A stretch of DNA of 64,000 bases from Zootoca vivipara (Eukaryota). The DNA lies in the NCBI RefSeq assembly GCF_963506605.1, contig NC_083279.1:66526001-66590000 (forward strand), written 5' to 3'. Made by a program: the position numbers and the translations under genes. Below, in pieces: positions 12,351-24,105 of this stretch. Position 1 is the stretch's first letter. Each line of letters opens with the position of its first letter. The notes beneath the pieces were generated by a model, which was not told where the DNA came from, did not search any database, and saw only the letters and a program-made list of their open reading frames with translations.

Positions 12351-14335
12351 CTTTTTTAAAAAAGCTTCTTATTGAGTTTTAAGTTTATCATTCATATTCA
12401 TATTCCATTCATTCTTTAACATATATTGTACACATATACGGTCCAAACAGTAACAATATTTCTTCACAAGTGACTTTCCAACCACCTCATTCCAGCTTCT
12501 TACATCTTCCCTCTCTTTTCAACTGTGTTGTTTTTTCTTATTACCCTTCTACTACATAATCTACCTTATCTACCTGTTCTTTAAATAGCAAAATTTAGTC
12601 AAAACATATCAAGGATTTTACCTGAGAGCAATGTTTTCCCAGATACTCTTTAACACATTCCAACTCCTTTTTAAGTTTTGGGTTTGGTTGGTTCCTAATT
12701 GCCTCTGTCATTTTTGCTAATTCCAAATACTCACACAGTATGGTTTGCCATTCTTCCTTTGTTGGTGTCCTTATCCCCCTTCCAAGTTTTTCCCATTAAA
12801 ATTTTTGCTGCTGTTGTAGCATATAGGAACACCATTTTTTTTTAATCATTTGAAATATCGATTCTCATAATGCCTAGAAGAAAGGCTTCAGGTTTCTTCT
12901 CAAATGTTTATCTGAACATTTTTAAAAATTCTTCATAGACAGTATTCCAGATTTCTAAAATTTTTGTCACAACCCCACCACATGTGGTACATTGTTCCTT
13001 CCCTTGGTTACACCTCCAGCATACATTTTACTTTGATTTATATATTTTGGCCAATTTGCTGGGGGTCATGTACCACCTGTATAGCATTTTCATGAAGTTT
13101 TCTTTTATTGTGTAGCAAGCTGTAAATTTTAAATCTTTTTGCCATAATCGTTCCCAATCCTCCATCTGGATGGAGTAACCAAGATCTTTTGCCCATTTAA
13201 TTATCACTTCTTTGATCTCTTCATCCTTGACCTCCCAGTCCAGCAAGAGTTTTAGGTTTTGGATAGTGTTTCCTTTCTGTTTTGTAGTAATTCTTTATAT
13301 AGCTTTGATGTTTGGTTTCTCAAACCCAATTTTCCTGTCTATTTTTAAGACATCATTTAATTGGTGGTATTGTAGCCGATCCGTACAATGTCTGATTTCT
13401 TAAAAAAAAAGTTAGTTTGAGTTGGTTATGCTCTTTCTCAAGAATTTCTTTATAAGTTCCCCAATTTGTTTTCATATTCTTTCTCTTTACTGAGAAAGCC
13501 TCTAAAGGTGACAGCCACCAAGGTGTCGTTGGTTCCAGCAAATTTTTATATCTGTCCCACACTGTATATAGAGATTTTCAAATTATATGATTTAGAAATT
13601 CCCTATGTACTTTAACTTTATTATAGCCTAAATAGGTGTGCCACCCATATCTGTTGTCCCATTCTTCTATGTCCAATATATCAGTATTTTGCAGTCATCC
13701 ATTCTTTTAACCAACACAGACATGAGGCCTCATAATAAAGCTTTAGATATGGTAATGCAAAAACGCCTCTTTCCTTTATATCCGTTAATAGTATTTTATA
13801 TTTAATTCGTGGTTTCTTCCCTTGCCAATTAATTTGGATAACTGCCAATCCTTAAAACTGTTGGGTGATAACATTGAGGCCTGGTGCCTCCCCCCCCCAA
13901 CTCAGCATCACCCAGGATTCGTTCCTCTGGTCTCCCGTCACACTGATGTGGCCCATATCCAGGGACATGAGCACACGACAAGCAGAGTTCAAAACAGAAG
14001 CTCAGCCTTGAAGAGTAACATCTAAGCCTAATTTATTGCAAATTAAATCAAACATAACAGAACAAAGAAAACATGGCTCCTCTCTGTCTTTCTTCCTCGG
14101 AGAGAGCTGCAAAAGCTATACAGAGGGGAAACAGCGTATCTCAATTTCCTCTCATAAGACTCCAACAATCAGTGCTAGAATGTAAACACATGCGACATGT
14201 AACAATCCCACACACATCTGCAGCATGGGAGGAATGGAATTCCCAACAAAAATATCCAATCCTCCCTACAATTGGGATCATCTGAAATAGAAATAACATT
14301 TTGGCAGCACATTAGTTACAACATATAGAGCACAA
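12351..14335 (-). mobile_element. 5'-truncated L1 LINE (3' part of ORF2), interrupted by a solo LTR
   Basis: Minus-strand fragments KENFMKMLYRWYMTPSKLAKIY...CWRC...GTMYHMWWGC (L1 zinc knuckle); A-rich tail near 12351. Confidence 0.85.
13859..14248 (-). mobile_element. Solo LTR inserted in the L1
   Basis: Termini TGTTGGG...CCCAACA; flanks AAAAC/AAAAT (imperfect 5-bp TSD); AATAAA on the minus strand near 14035; L1 coding sequence resumes on both sides. Confidence 0.65.
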
Positions 14336-14410
14336 CAGGCTGAATGGTAATGTTTGTAACAAATTTTACTGGTTACTTCCTAACATACGAATCTAGTCCA
14401 GGATGTACAC

Positions 14411-14657
14411 CAGGGGTCCCCAAACTAAGGCCCGGGGCTCAGATGCGGCCCAATCACCTTCTAAATCCTGCCCGTGGATGGTCCAGGAATCAGCATGTTT
14501 TTACATGAGTAGAATGTGTCCTTTTATTTAAAATGCTTCTCTGGGTTATTTGTGGGGCATAGGAATTTGTTCATATTTTTTTAAAAAATATAGTCCACCC
14601 CCCAAGGTCTGAGGGACAGTGGACCGGCCCCCTGCTGAAAAAGTTTGCTGACCCCTG
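14411..14657 (+). mobile_element. Non-autonomous hAT element, OposCharlie1-like ends
   Basis: CAGGGGTCCCCAAACT...AGTTTGCTGACCCCTG termini; 8-bp TSD ATGTACAC. Confidence 0.85.
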
Positions 14658-14884
14658 ATGTACACTATATACAATCCTTAAGCAAGGTATATATCCTATT
14701 TAATTAAATCCAATGCAGATATATTTCTTCCTTTCTTAATACATTCTTGTTTGAGTTCATATATTACACAGTCCTCAAATGTGGTTAAGGAAAGGTCCAC
14801 AGAATGTCATGGACGATACAACTGATGAGGTTGGCTAGCATTGGTGGCAGACACAGGCAGGCTGGCTCAGGCAGCTGGGTTGAG

Positions 14885-14940
14885 TAGAACAAGGTTTCCG
14901 GATATTTCCTTGTTTCACCCTGAAGGGCTTCCTCAGCTGT
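14885..14940 (-). ncRNA. Hammerhead-ribozyme-like motif downstream of the Penelope ORF
   Basis: CTGAGGA-A-GCCC-TTCA-GGGT-GAA-ACAAGG-(loop)-CCTTGT-T; stem I only partly paired. Confidence 0.55.
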
Positions 14941-15112
14941 TAATAGTTCTATATAATATAAATATAAACACTTGATAATACAATTATTAATATTTGACAT
15001 GTAGAAATTACGAATAATAAATCTGTTATATCAGGACTAAAAAATAGAGTTCATACATTATCAAGCTTTAGAAAAGAGTTTGTACATACCATTGAAGTGT
15101 GTAACAGATTAT

Positions 15113-15147
<35 letters not shown>

Positions 15148-15406
15148 TTATTATTTATACCCCGCCCATCTGGCCGGGTTCCCCCAGCCACTCTGGGCGG
15201 CTTCCATGTAAGCAATGATTATTGGACGATTCTCAATAGTAATGGCCAATGAGTCCCAATACAGCTTTAATAAGCAAAACCATGTGATGAGACAGGTGTA
15301 GATAATTAACCTATATGCAGTCTTAAAGGAATATGACCACAATGGTGTGTCATAGGCAGAGCTCTTATATAGTATATATTTCACATAGCTTGTATGGGAT
15401 ATGTCA

Positions 15407-16180
15407 TTATAAGAAGCAGGTATAGTCCAAATCAGTATTTAAACCTAAAGGATGAAGAGTGTTGAGTAAGAAAACAAATCTGCCTCCCTTCTGTGTAAGG
15501 ACTCTTCCTGCATTTTCAGGAGGTCCGTGATAGGTCCAAAGTACAAAAAATGTCAGGTCATCCCCAGTGTGAGATTTTTGGATGAAATGGGATACCAGAG
15601 GAGCATCCAAAATTCTATTTCTGATCCTAGAATGATGCTCCGATATCCTAGTTCTGATTGGTCTTGTGGTTTGTCCCACATATAAACCACATGTGCATTT
15701 TATTACATATACAGTGTGTGCAGTAGCACATGTAGCAAATGATCATATGGTGCATTTAAAACCCTCACTGTTGGTGAGCTCTTTTACTGGAAGTGCGTAT
15801 CTGCATGCAACGCAGTGTCCGCACTTGAAAAAAACCTCTCAGGGATGTTATTAAAGTCTGTTGTTGTGGTATGGGTTTTAGATCGGTGTGTACCAGTATA
15901 TCTCAAAGGGATCTAGTGCATTGTTTCCCAAAGAGTGGAGGGACCTCACAACCAGGAATCTCATTTAAGATATGCCAATGGCGTTTCAATATTCTCTCAA
16001 TGTCTCTCGTCATGTGATTAAATTCTAAGGAAGAATGGATTCTCTTGGTTCTCATGGATGTCAGTCCGGGTTTTTAAAAGTGTAGATCTATCCTTAGTTT
16101 TAGTTCTCTGTATGGCTGCGGACACCACCGTACGTGGGTAACAACGTTCTATAAGTGCGGTTACCAACTTGTAGGAAGTA
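15407..16180 (-). mobile_element. Penelope-like retroelement fragment (Cys-rich linker + GIY-YIG endonuclease)
   Basis: Minus strand CGHCVAC...VYVIKCTCGLYVGQTTRPIRTRISEH...LNTLHPLGLN; upstream YPRTVVSAAIQR; frameshifted. Confidence 0.85.
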
Positions 16181-16225
16181 ACCAGTAAAGAAATTTGTTA
16201 CAAACATTACCATTCAGCCTATTGC

Positions 16226-16470
16226 GCTCTATGTGGTGTAGTGATTAAGAGCGGTAGTCTCATAATCTGGTGAACTGAGATAACTTCCCCACTCCTCCAC
16301 ATGCAGCTGCTGGGTGACCTTGGGATAGTCACACTTCTTTGAAGTCTCTCAGCCTCTCCTCACAGAGGGTTTGTTGTGGGGGAGGAAGGGAAAGGAGATT
16401 GTTAGCTGCTTTGAGACTCCTTCGGGTAGTGATAAAGCGGGATATCAAATCCAAACTCTTCTTCTTCTCT
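16226..16470 (+). mobile_element. tRNA-derived SINE with MIR/CORE-like body (Squam2/Anolis SINE2-like)
   Basis: A-box TGGTGTAGTG; GCTGGGTGACCTTGGG core; (TTC)n tail. Confidence 0.75.
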
Positions 16471-16606
16471 TCTATATGTTGTAACTATTGCATCTGCGTA
16501 ACAAGGTATTGTATTTGTTTTGGCTCCTGTTTATTAGCCTAGCTCATCTTGCAAGTGATGTAACATCCTTATACCATCCCAATAATGGCTTCTGGAACAG
16601 GAGAGA

Positions 16607-16825
16607 TAATAGAATCATAGAGTTGGAAGAGACCACAAGGGCCATCCAGTCCAACCCCCTGCCAAGCAGGAAATACCATCAAAGCATTATTGACATATGC
16701 CTGTCAAGCCTTTGCTTAAAGACCTCCAAAGGAGGAGACTCCACCACACTCCTTGGTAGCAAATTCCACTGTCGAACAGCTCTTACTGTCAGGAAGTTCT
16801 TCCTAATGTTTAGGTGGAATCTAAT
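16607..16825 (-). mobile_element. CR1 LINE 3' end
   Basis: ATAGAATCATAGAGTTGGAAG...CCAACCCCCTG...AGGAAGTTCTTCCTAATGTT, the reverse complement of a CR1 tail. Confidence 0.85.
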
Positions 16826-18242
16826 ATGCTAGCCATCACATAGCCACGCTATATAAATCTCCTGATGGGGTCTAATCTTTTGAGCTTGGAGAGGGCTGTG
16901 TACTAACCTGCTTTAGTCTCTCTGTTCACATTCCTTGGAGCTCCCAAAAACTGAATGGAAAAGTATTTTATCTTGTTTGTGCTCTGTTGTTATGCTTTAA
17001 GACTATTTCACTGCCTTTTATTCTGTATTCAAGCTTGCTGCTTAATAAAAGCACAGAACGACTCTCCACTAGTGTTATCGCCCCTGAATCCGAAAGAACT
17101 ATTGCATTTTGCAAAACAGCGAATGGCCATGTATTCACAGGCTTCATCCTGCAGACTATATACCAGTTCACTGCTTCAAGAAATATTTCTGATTTGCATA
17201 TCTGTTCTTGAGTTATGATGCAGATTATATCAATCTTGCTGTCAAGCTAAAAGATGCCCTCTATTCACATTATTAAGCCCTTGTGACAAGGGAACCATTA
17301 CTTGAAATGGAAAGGCAATAAAAACTTCAACGCTCTGATATGAAGCTGATCTACTTTGTAATAATGTTTTGAGCAGAACTCCATTCATCAAGGGTTCTGG
17401 CTGAGATTGGGTTGTTTTCTAAATAGTAATTCTAAGTCGTTTTAGACTTAGAACCCAAAATCTGCATGAGGGTGTTAAAAAAGAAGAGAATTATGTGGTG
17501 GAAGCTAGATACAAATCGGAAACAGGAAACCAGTACTGAAAGTCAGCTATTGTAGTACATGTTGGTGTGTTCCAGTTAACCCATTGTTGAATGGATTAGA
17601 AACAATTGCTTGTGAGCACAAAATAGTCATATTTCTACAAGTGAAAAACATTTGATCAAATACAGAGATGAGCAAAACCGTTGTTATGTTCTCAAAAGTG
17701 TTGACACAGGGTAAAATGATTTTATCCTTTTTCCTACCAGTGGCCAAATTGACTGAATGTTATGCAAGAGCTGATATCACACTGAGCATGTTTAAAGAGG
17801 CCCAGCCCCAGTATTAGAAACTGAGATATGAAAGCTAGGAGCTAAAAGGCACCTTAAACCTAGGTTATGAGTGCAACAATGGAATGTCGAGGCGTGCTTT
17901 CTTTATAACAAATACAAAGCTGAAAATGAATGAACTGCAGCTAAAATATTATGTTCATTTTTCACATAGTATAGTCCTTCCTCTGCCCACCCCCCCAATA
18001 TCCTTAAGAGGGTCTCTTCTCCAGTCTTCAGAGAGTAGCTGGAAGCAGGGAGGCAGAAAAAGGTCTTGCTTCCCTTCCACTCTGCAGTTTTAATCTGAAA
18101 TTTTGTTTTTTCCTATTGCAAAATGCACCTAGAACAATGGGACTTTTGAACAGTGCTCATCCCAGCTATTAAAAAGGGACAAAAGAGACTTCTGAAGAAA
18201 CTTGGTAGTCATGGGATAAGAGGATAAGTTAGAAAAACAAAG

Positions 18243-18313
18243 TAGAGGAATAGAGTTCAAAATAGATGGAAACTAACAATTAACTTCCATCTATTTTGAA
18301 CTCTATTCCTCTA
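18243..18313. repeat. Perfect 29-bp inverted repeat with a 13-nt spacer
   Basis: TAGAGGAATAGAGTTCAAAATAGATGGAA (18243-18271) / TTCCATCTATTTTGAACTCTATTCCTCTA (18285-18313). Confidence 0.95.
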
Positions 18314-19613
18314 TCTACTACTAGTCCTCCATGCATCTGTATTGAGAGTTATGCTACTGAATTTATTCACAAATGATCCAAAATTAGGCGTAAACATCAG
18401 ATTAGTTGGGGCTGGAGTTTCTACAAAATCATGAAACCACAAATCAACAAGGAAGACGCCAAAAGCAATCTCTAATCTGTGTAAATTAAGTACAACTGGA
18501 TGAACACGGTGATGAAAAATACTAATCCCAGTTGGATTATTGTAATCTGTTGTACATGGGGATGCCTTTGTAATGCTAAAAATAATTCTGCAATTAGTGC
18601 AGCTGCCAGAATTATAACCAATAAAGCCTGATGGGGTCGCATACTAAAACATCAGTTCTGAAAGCTGCCACTGGCTGCCTATTTGTGCTTTCAAGCCCAA
18701 TTCATGGTGCTGGAACTGAACAACTGGCCATAGTTGTTGTCACAATCGCAAAAATAAAAATATAAATTGATGTCTCCGAGCTATTTTTAAGGAACATCGG
18801 CAAAAACAACACTACTGACATGGGTTGCCATACTGTATGCCAGATTTTCCTGGATACTTTTGCCAATTTCTGCCCAGACACTGCTTCCAACTGTGATATT
18901 CCCGATATACTTCCAGGAAATATCAGCTGTATGGCAACCCTATATACGGTTGCATATGCACTTCCCACTCCTGGTTTGCAAAGTGATGTACACATAACAT
19001 TGGTCACAATATATCCTGTCATTTTTGGGAATACTACGCTTTTATATATTTCCCCTTGAAACCAGCTTTGATGTGAATTGAGCAAATGAACAGTTTAGCT
19101 GCATTTTAAGGCAGTAATGTGTATACAGTCTGTATTTGAGTCTTGTATATATGTCCTCCAGCTTGCACCACACATCTGTTCTAGGGGATTGGGTGCTAGT
19201 GGTTGGCCTCCCTAAGGCATTATCTGTCTGAATTAAAGCATTTGAAATCTCTGCATAAGCAATCTGTGCCACTCTATGCTCCATTTCATGGGTACATTCT
19301 TTTTTAAAAATCTGTATAGTCAGAGATCACATTGTGAGTACACAGCAATTACAATGTTTGGGTTATAGAAAGCCTTTTAATTAGGAACATCGCCCAGATA
19401 TGACATCTTTCCAATTTGCCTTGCACAACCATTATACATAAAGTATTGCATATTATATGTACACAAAAGGCTTTCAGTGCTAATGCGCTAGCTAATTAGG
19501 TAATGGATCTAATGAGCATTTGCACAATCAGTCATCAGCAGGACTGTGGTGGTTTGTTATCTTACTTGGCTGTGGACATTAATATTAGGAAAGGATGATC
19601 CAACTGTAAAATA

Positions 19614-19996
19614 AAAGGTTTTTTTTTACAAAAAAAGTAAAATAAAAGGTAAAGGGACCCCTGACCATTAGGTCCAGTCGTGACCGACTCTGGGGTTGCA
19701 GCGCTCATCTTGCATTATTGGCTGAGGGAGCCAGCGTACAGCTCCCAGGTCATGTGGCCAGCATGACAAATCCACTTCTGGCGAACCAGAGCAGCGCATG
19801 GAAACAGCGTTTACCTTCCCGCTTGGAGCGGTACCTATTTATCTACTTGCATTTTGACGTGCTTTCGAACTGCTAGGTTGGCAGGAGCTGGGACTCAGCA
19901 ACGGGAGCTCACCCCAGCGCAGGGATTTGAACCTCCGACCTTCTGATCAGCAAGCCCTAGGCTCTGTTGTTTAACCCACAGCACCACCTGCGTCCC
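19614..19996 (-). mobile_element. Sauria SINE (Squam1), full length
   Basis: Reverse complement of the 680-1032 family; TSD CAACTGTAAAATA at 19601-19613 and 19997-20009. Confidence 0.9.
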
Positions 19997-20377
19997 CAAC
20001 TGTAAAATAGTGCTGTGTAAATTGTCTTTTTTAAAAAAAAGTTTATCAACTACTAAGGGTGTTCCCTGGAGTACAAGATTTGGTTCACACAATTCTGCAC
20101 TTTATAAAATAGCCAATTCAGAGGCAGCTTAATTGGTCGCCTTCATTCCTCTCAACACTTTCACTATTAGGGATTTTTAAATTCATTTTTATGCTTTAAC
20201 TTTTTTCCTATTGATGGAAGTGGATGAAATTTGCAGGCACAGTAGCTCCTTCAGAGTGGATAAAGCCTTCCCAATCATAGGCATTTTTACTGTGTGTGGT
20301 GGACACTTCTAAAATGTGATTATTATTTTCCATAAAGGAAACAGTGTGATGCACCAGAAATAAAAGAAAAAGAAAGT

Positions 20378-21133
20378 TAATGCTATTTTAGGGTGCATCA
20401 ACAGAAGCATAGTGTCCAGATGAAGGGAAGTAATAGCCCCACTCTATTCTGCCTTGGTCAGACCACACCTGGAGTACTGTGCCCAGTTCAATATTGACAA
20501 GCTGGAATCTGTGCTGAGGATGGCGACCAAGAACATGGAATTGTAGAGTTGGAAGGGACTCCAAGGTAAATCTAGTCCAACCCCCTGCAGTGCAGGTGTC
20601 TCAGCTAAAGGATCCATGACAGATGGCCATCCAACCTCTGCTTAAAAACCTCTAAGAAAGGAGAGTCCACAACCATTCGAGGGAGATGATCAAGGAAAGC
20701 AAGCCTTACGAGGAATGGTTGAGAGAGCTGGGGCTGTTTAGCCTGGAGAAGAGAAAACTGAGAAGTGATAAGATGTTGTTTAGGTGTTTAGTCGTGTCCG
20801 GCTCTTCGTGAGCCCATGGACCAGAGCACGCCAGGCACTCCTGTGATATAATAGCCATCTTCAAATATCTGAAGGGCTGGTGGATGATGGAACAAACTTG
20901 TTTTCTGCTGTTCCAGAGGTTGGGACACGGACCAATGGATTTAAAATTCCAAGGAAGTAGATTCTGATTAAACATTTAGAGGAACTTTCTGACAGTAAGA
21001 GCTGCCTGACAGTGGAATGGACTACAGCAGAATGTGATGGACTCACTTCCAGTGGAGATTTCTAAACAGAGTTTGGGTGGCCATATGTCAGGGGTTCTTT
21101 AGATGTGCTTCCTGTATTGCAGGGGGTTGGACC
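20378..21133 (+). mobile_element. CR1 LINE 3' portion, interrupted by an inverted CR1 tail (~20536-20690) and a BovB/RTE-type tail (~20773-20843)
   Basis: Encodes [21 protein letters not shown] and YEEWLRELGLFSLEKR; ends GCAGGGGGTTGGAC. Confidence 0.8.
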
Positions 21134-21637
21134 CATGGGTGTAGACAGGGGGGGGGCAGGAGGGGGCAGCTGCCCCCCCTAGAAGCAAAAAATTATTGTA
21201 TTTTACAGACCATAACCAATACTTTGCCCCTCCAAAAACTGAAGTGGAAAGGGCTTTGCTTTAGCAAGAGCAGCTCTCCACTTGCTGGGGGCGGGAACAC
21301 AGCTGTAACAAAAACACATCAAATAAATAAAGCAAAGTGGCTACCAGTACTTAAGCAGTTAAGACAATGGAGCAGAATATCCCTTCAGGCAAGGTCCACC
21401 CTATTCACCCTATTGTGCTTCAGTAGGAGTTGTTAATGGGCATTCAGGGATCGCATTAACAGTTCTATTGGCGATTTAATGAGGGTGCAGAGGATTCAAT
21501 TTGACTAAGGTGGCCCTGCAAGGCTAAAAGGAAGTGAATAAGAAGGGGGGGGCTGTAGCTTTGATAGACACAGTGATGTTTATAAAAAGCATTGGTGTTC
21601 CAGTCTGCCCCTCCTCCTGCATCTGTATACTGTAAAT

Positions 21638-21954
21638 CAGGGGTGGCCACCTCCCAAGAGACTCTGATCTACTCACAGAGTTAAACACTGGGAGTGATCT
21701 ACCCCCTTTTGGGGGGTTCAGGTCAAAGCTGTTGAGTTTTTTTAAGGAAGGGAAGCCCTGTTTTTGGGGGTTTAGGTCAAACTTGTTGAGCTTCTTTTAG
21801 GAGGGAGGGAGGCCCATTTTTGTTTAGGGCTTCAGGTCATAGTTCAGCTTTTTTTAGGGAGGAGGAAAATTTTGGGTGAGCTTTTTTTAGGGGTGCCAGT
21901 GATCTAGCAGTGATCTACCACAGACATCCACAATCTACCTGTTGGACGTGCCTG
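21638..21954. mobile_element. hAT MITE nested inside the composite element
   Basis: CAGGGGTGGCCA...GGACGTGCCTG; TSD CTGTAAAT; same family in reverse orientation at 36425-36673. Confidence 0.85.
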
Positions 21955-22015
21955 CTGTAAATCAAGCAGAGAGAAAGCTGCTTACAAGGCTCCTGTACAG
22001 GTGTACCGGTATCTT

Positions 22016-23580
22016 CCTCTTGCTGCAGAGTTCTAGCATCACAGCGTCACCCAGAGGCACCCACAAATGTGAGTTATCCCTCTCTCTATTTCTTCCTTCC
22101 TTTCCTCCCTCTTCCATCCTCAATAAAATACTGGGGGGGGGCAGATAAGCCCCACATAGAAAGCCCATCAACATGGGGGGGGAGGACTCTTTAAAATACA
22201 GTATTTACCAGTAATTTCTTTTTTGGGGGGAGGCACCTAGGCCTCTAGGAGTTGGCTGCTATGCCTAGGACAATTCAAGAAAGCAGAATCATGCATATGC
22301 TATGGTAATATATCAATAGAATCATGGAATTGTAGTTGGAAGGGACCACAAGGGTCATCTAGTCCAACCCCCTGCAATGCAGGAATTTTTCCCCAATGTG
22401 GGGCTTGAACCCACAACATGGTTGAAATATTATGCTGATATGCAGCAACGCCTCGGAGCCATCGAGACTGCGGCCCTGTCTTGCCTCGCCCTCGCCTGCC
22501 CTGCCACCCCCTCTCCCCTGCCCGACCCTCCCATCCTCTTGCTGCAGAGTTCCAGCTTCACAGCATCACCCAGAGGCACCCACAAATATGAGGTATCCCT
22601 CTCTCTATTATTCCTTCCTTCCCTCCCTCTTCCATCCTTAATAAAATACTGGGGGGGGGCAGATAAGCCCCACATAGAAAGCCCATCAAAATGGGGGGGT
22701 TGACACTTTCAAATACGGTATTTACCAGTAATTTGGGGGGGGGGGGTGAGGCACCTAGGCCTCTAGGATTTGGCTGCTATGCCTAGGAGTAGGACAATTC
22801 AAGAAAGCAGAATGATGCATATGCTATGGTAATATATCAATGGAATCATAGAATTGTAGTCGGAAGGGACCACAAGGGTCATCTAGTCCAACCCCCTGCA
22901 ATGCAGGATTTTCCCCCCAAGGTGGGGCTTGAACCCACAACATGGTTGAAATATTATGCTGATATGCAGCAACGCCTCGGAGCTGTCGTGACTGCGGTTG
23001 TGCCTTCCCTCGCCCTCACCCGCCCTGCCACCCCCTCTCGCCTGCCCGACCCTCCCGTCCTCTTGCTGCAGAGTTCCAGCATCACAGCGTCACCCAGAGG
23101 CACCCACAAATATGAGTTATCCCTCTCTCTATTTCTTCCTTCCTTCCCTCCCTCTTCCATTCTTAATAAGATATGGGGGGGGCAGATAAGCCCCACATAG
23201 AAAGCCCATCAACATGGGGGGGATGACTCTTTCACATACGGTATTTACTAGTAATTGGGGGGGGGGAGGCACCTAGGCCTCTAGGAGTTGGCTGCTATGC
23301 CTAGGAGTAGGACAATTCAAGAAAGCAGAATGATGCATATGCTATGGCAATATATCAATAGAATCATAGAATTGTAGTCGGAAGGGACCACAAGGGTCAT
23401 CTAGTCCAACCCCCTGCAATGCAGGAATTTTTTCCTAAGGTGGGGCTTGAACCCACAACATGGTTGAAATATTATGCTGATATGCAGCAACGCCTCGGAG
23501 CCGTCGTGACTGCGGCCGTGCCTTGCCTTGCCCTCGCCCACCCTGTCACCCCCTCTTGCCTGCCCGACCCTCCCGTCCTC
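22016..23580 (+). repeat. Tandem triplication of a ~520-bp chimeric unit
   Basis: Units begin CCTCTTGCTGCAGAG at 22016, 22535 and 23059; the third ends ~23580 (periods 519/524/518). Confidence 0.92.
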
Positions 23581-23968
23581 TCCAGCCAAGCAGGGTAGCC
23601 GCCGCCGTTGCAAGCCCCAGAAGCACAAGGTCGCCGCTGCCGCCACCACGATGTCGCCAGGCCAGCTGGCCCTGTAGCCCCGCCCACGTTCCCACTTTGT
23701 GGCCCCGCCCCTGAATGATCATGGCTTGCCCCCCCCCCTAGTTTTGATCCTGGCTACGCCCTTGGTTGGACCTGCAACCCAAGTGAGAAGGGTAAGGTAG
23801 TAAGTGATTGGGAAAATCACTGTCGGAAACCCTGGGGAACTATTGTCATTCAAGAAGCAACTATACTGATCTAAATGTTGCAAATAATATGACCTGGTAT
23901 ATGGCAGGTCCTTTGCTGAGTGAATAGTAAGCAAACACACTTTCCACAATACTCTGGTTCTTCTGAGT

Positions 23969-24105
23969 CAGGCATCCCCAAACTGCGGCCCTCCAGATGT
24001 TTTGGCCTACAACTCCCATGATCCCTAGCTAACAGGACCAGTGGCCGGGGAAGATGGGAATTGTAGTCCAAAACATCTGGAGGGCCGAAGTTGGGGGGAT
24101 GCCTG
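23969..24105. mobile_element. Palindromic hAT-type MITE (CAGGCATCCCCAAACT family)
   Basis: Fold-back structure; TSD TTCTGAGT. Confidence 0.88.

Larger units (their letters stand above)
21134..23764. mobile_element. Composite hAT-type element (2.63 kb)
   Basis: Imperfect TIRs CATGGGTGTAGACAGG / CCTGGCTACGCCCTTG; exact 8-bp TSD GTTGGACC at 21126-21133 and 23765-23772. Confidence 0.7.

Noticed and set aside
22016-23580. Periodic repeat considered as a CRISPR-like array or repeated gene cassette
   Set aside because: Eukaryotic context; whole units are duplicated with no unique spacers, and the ORFs derive from repeats
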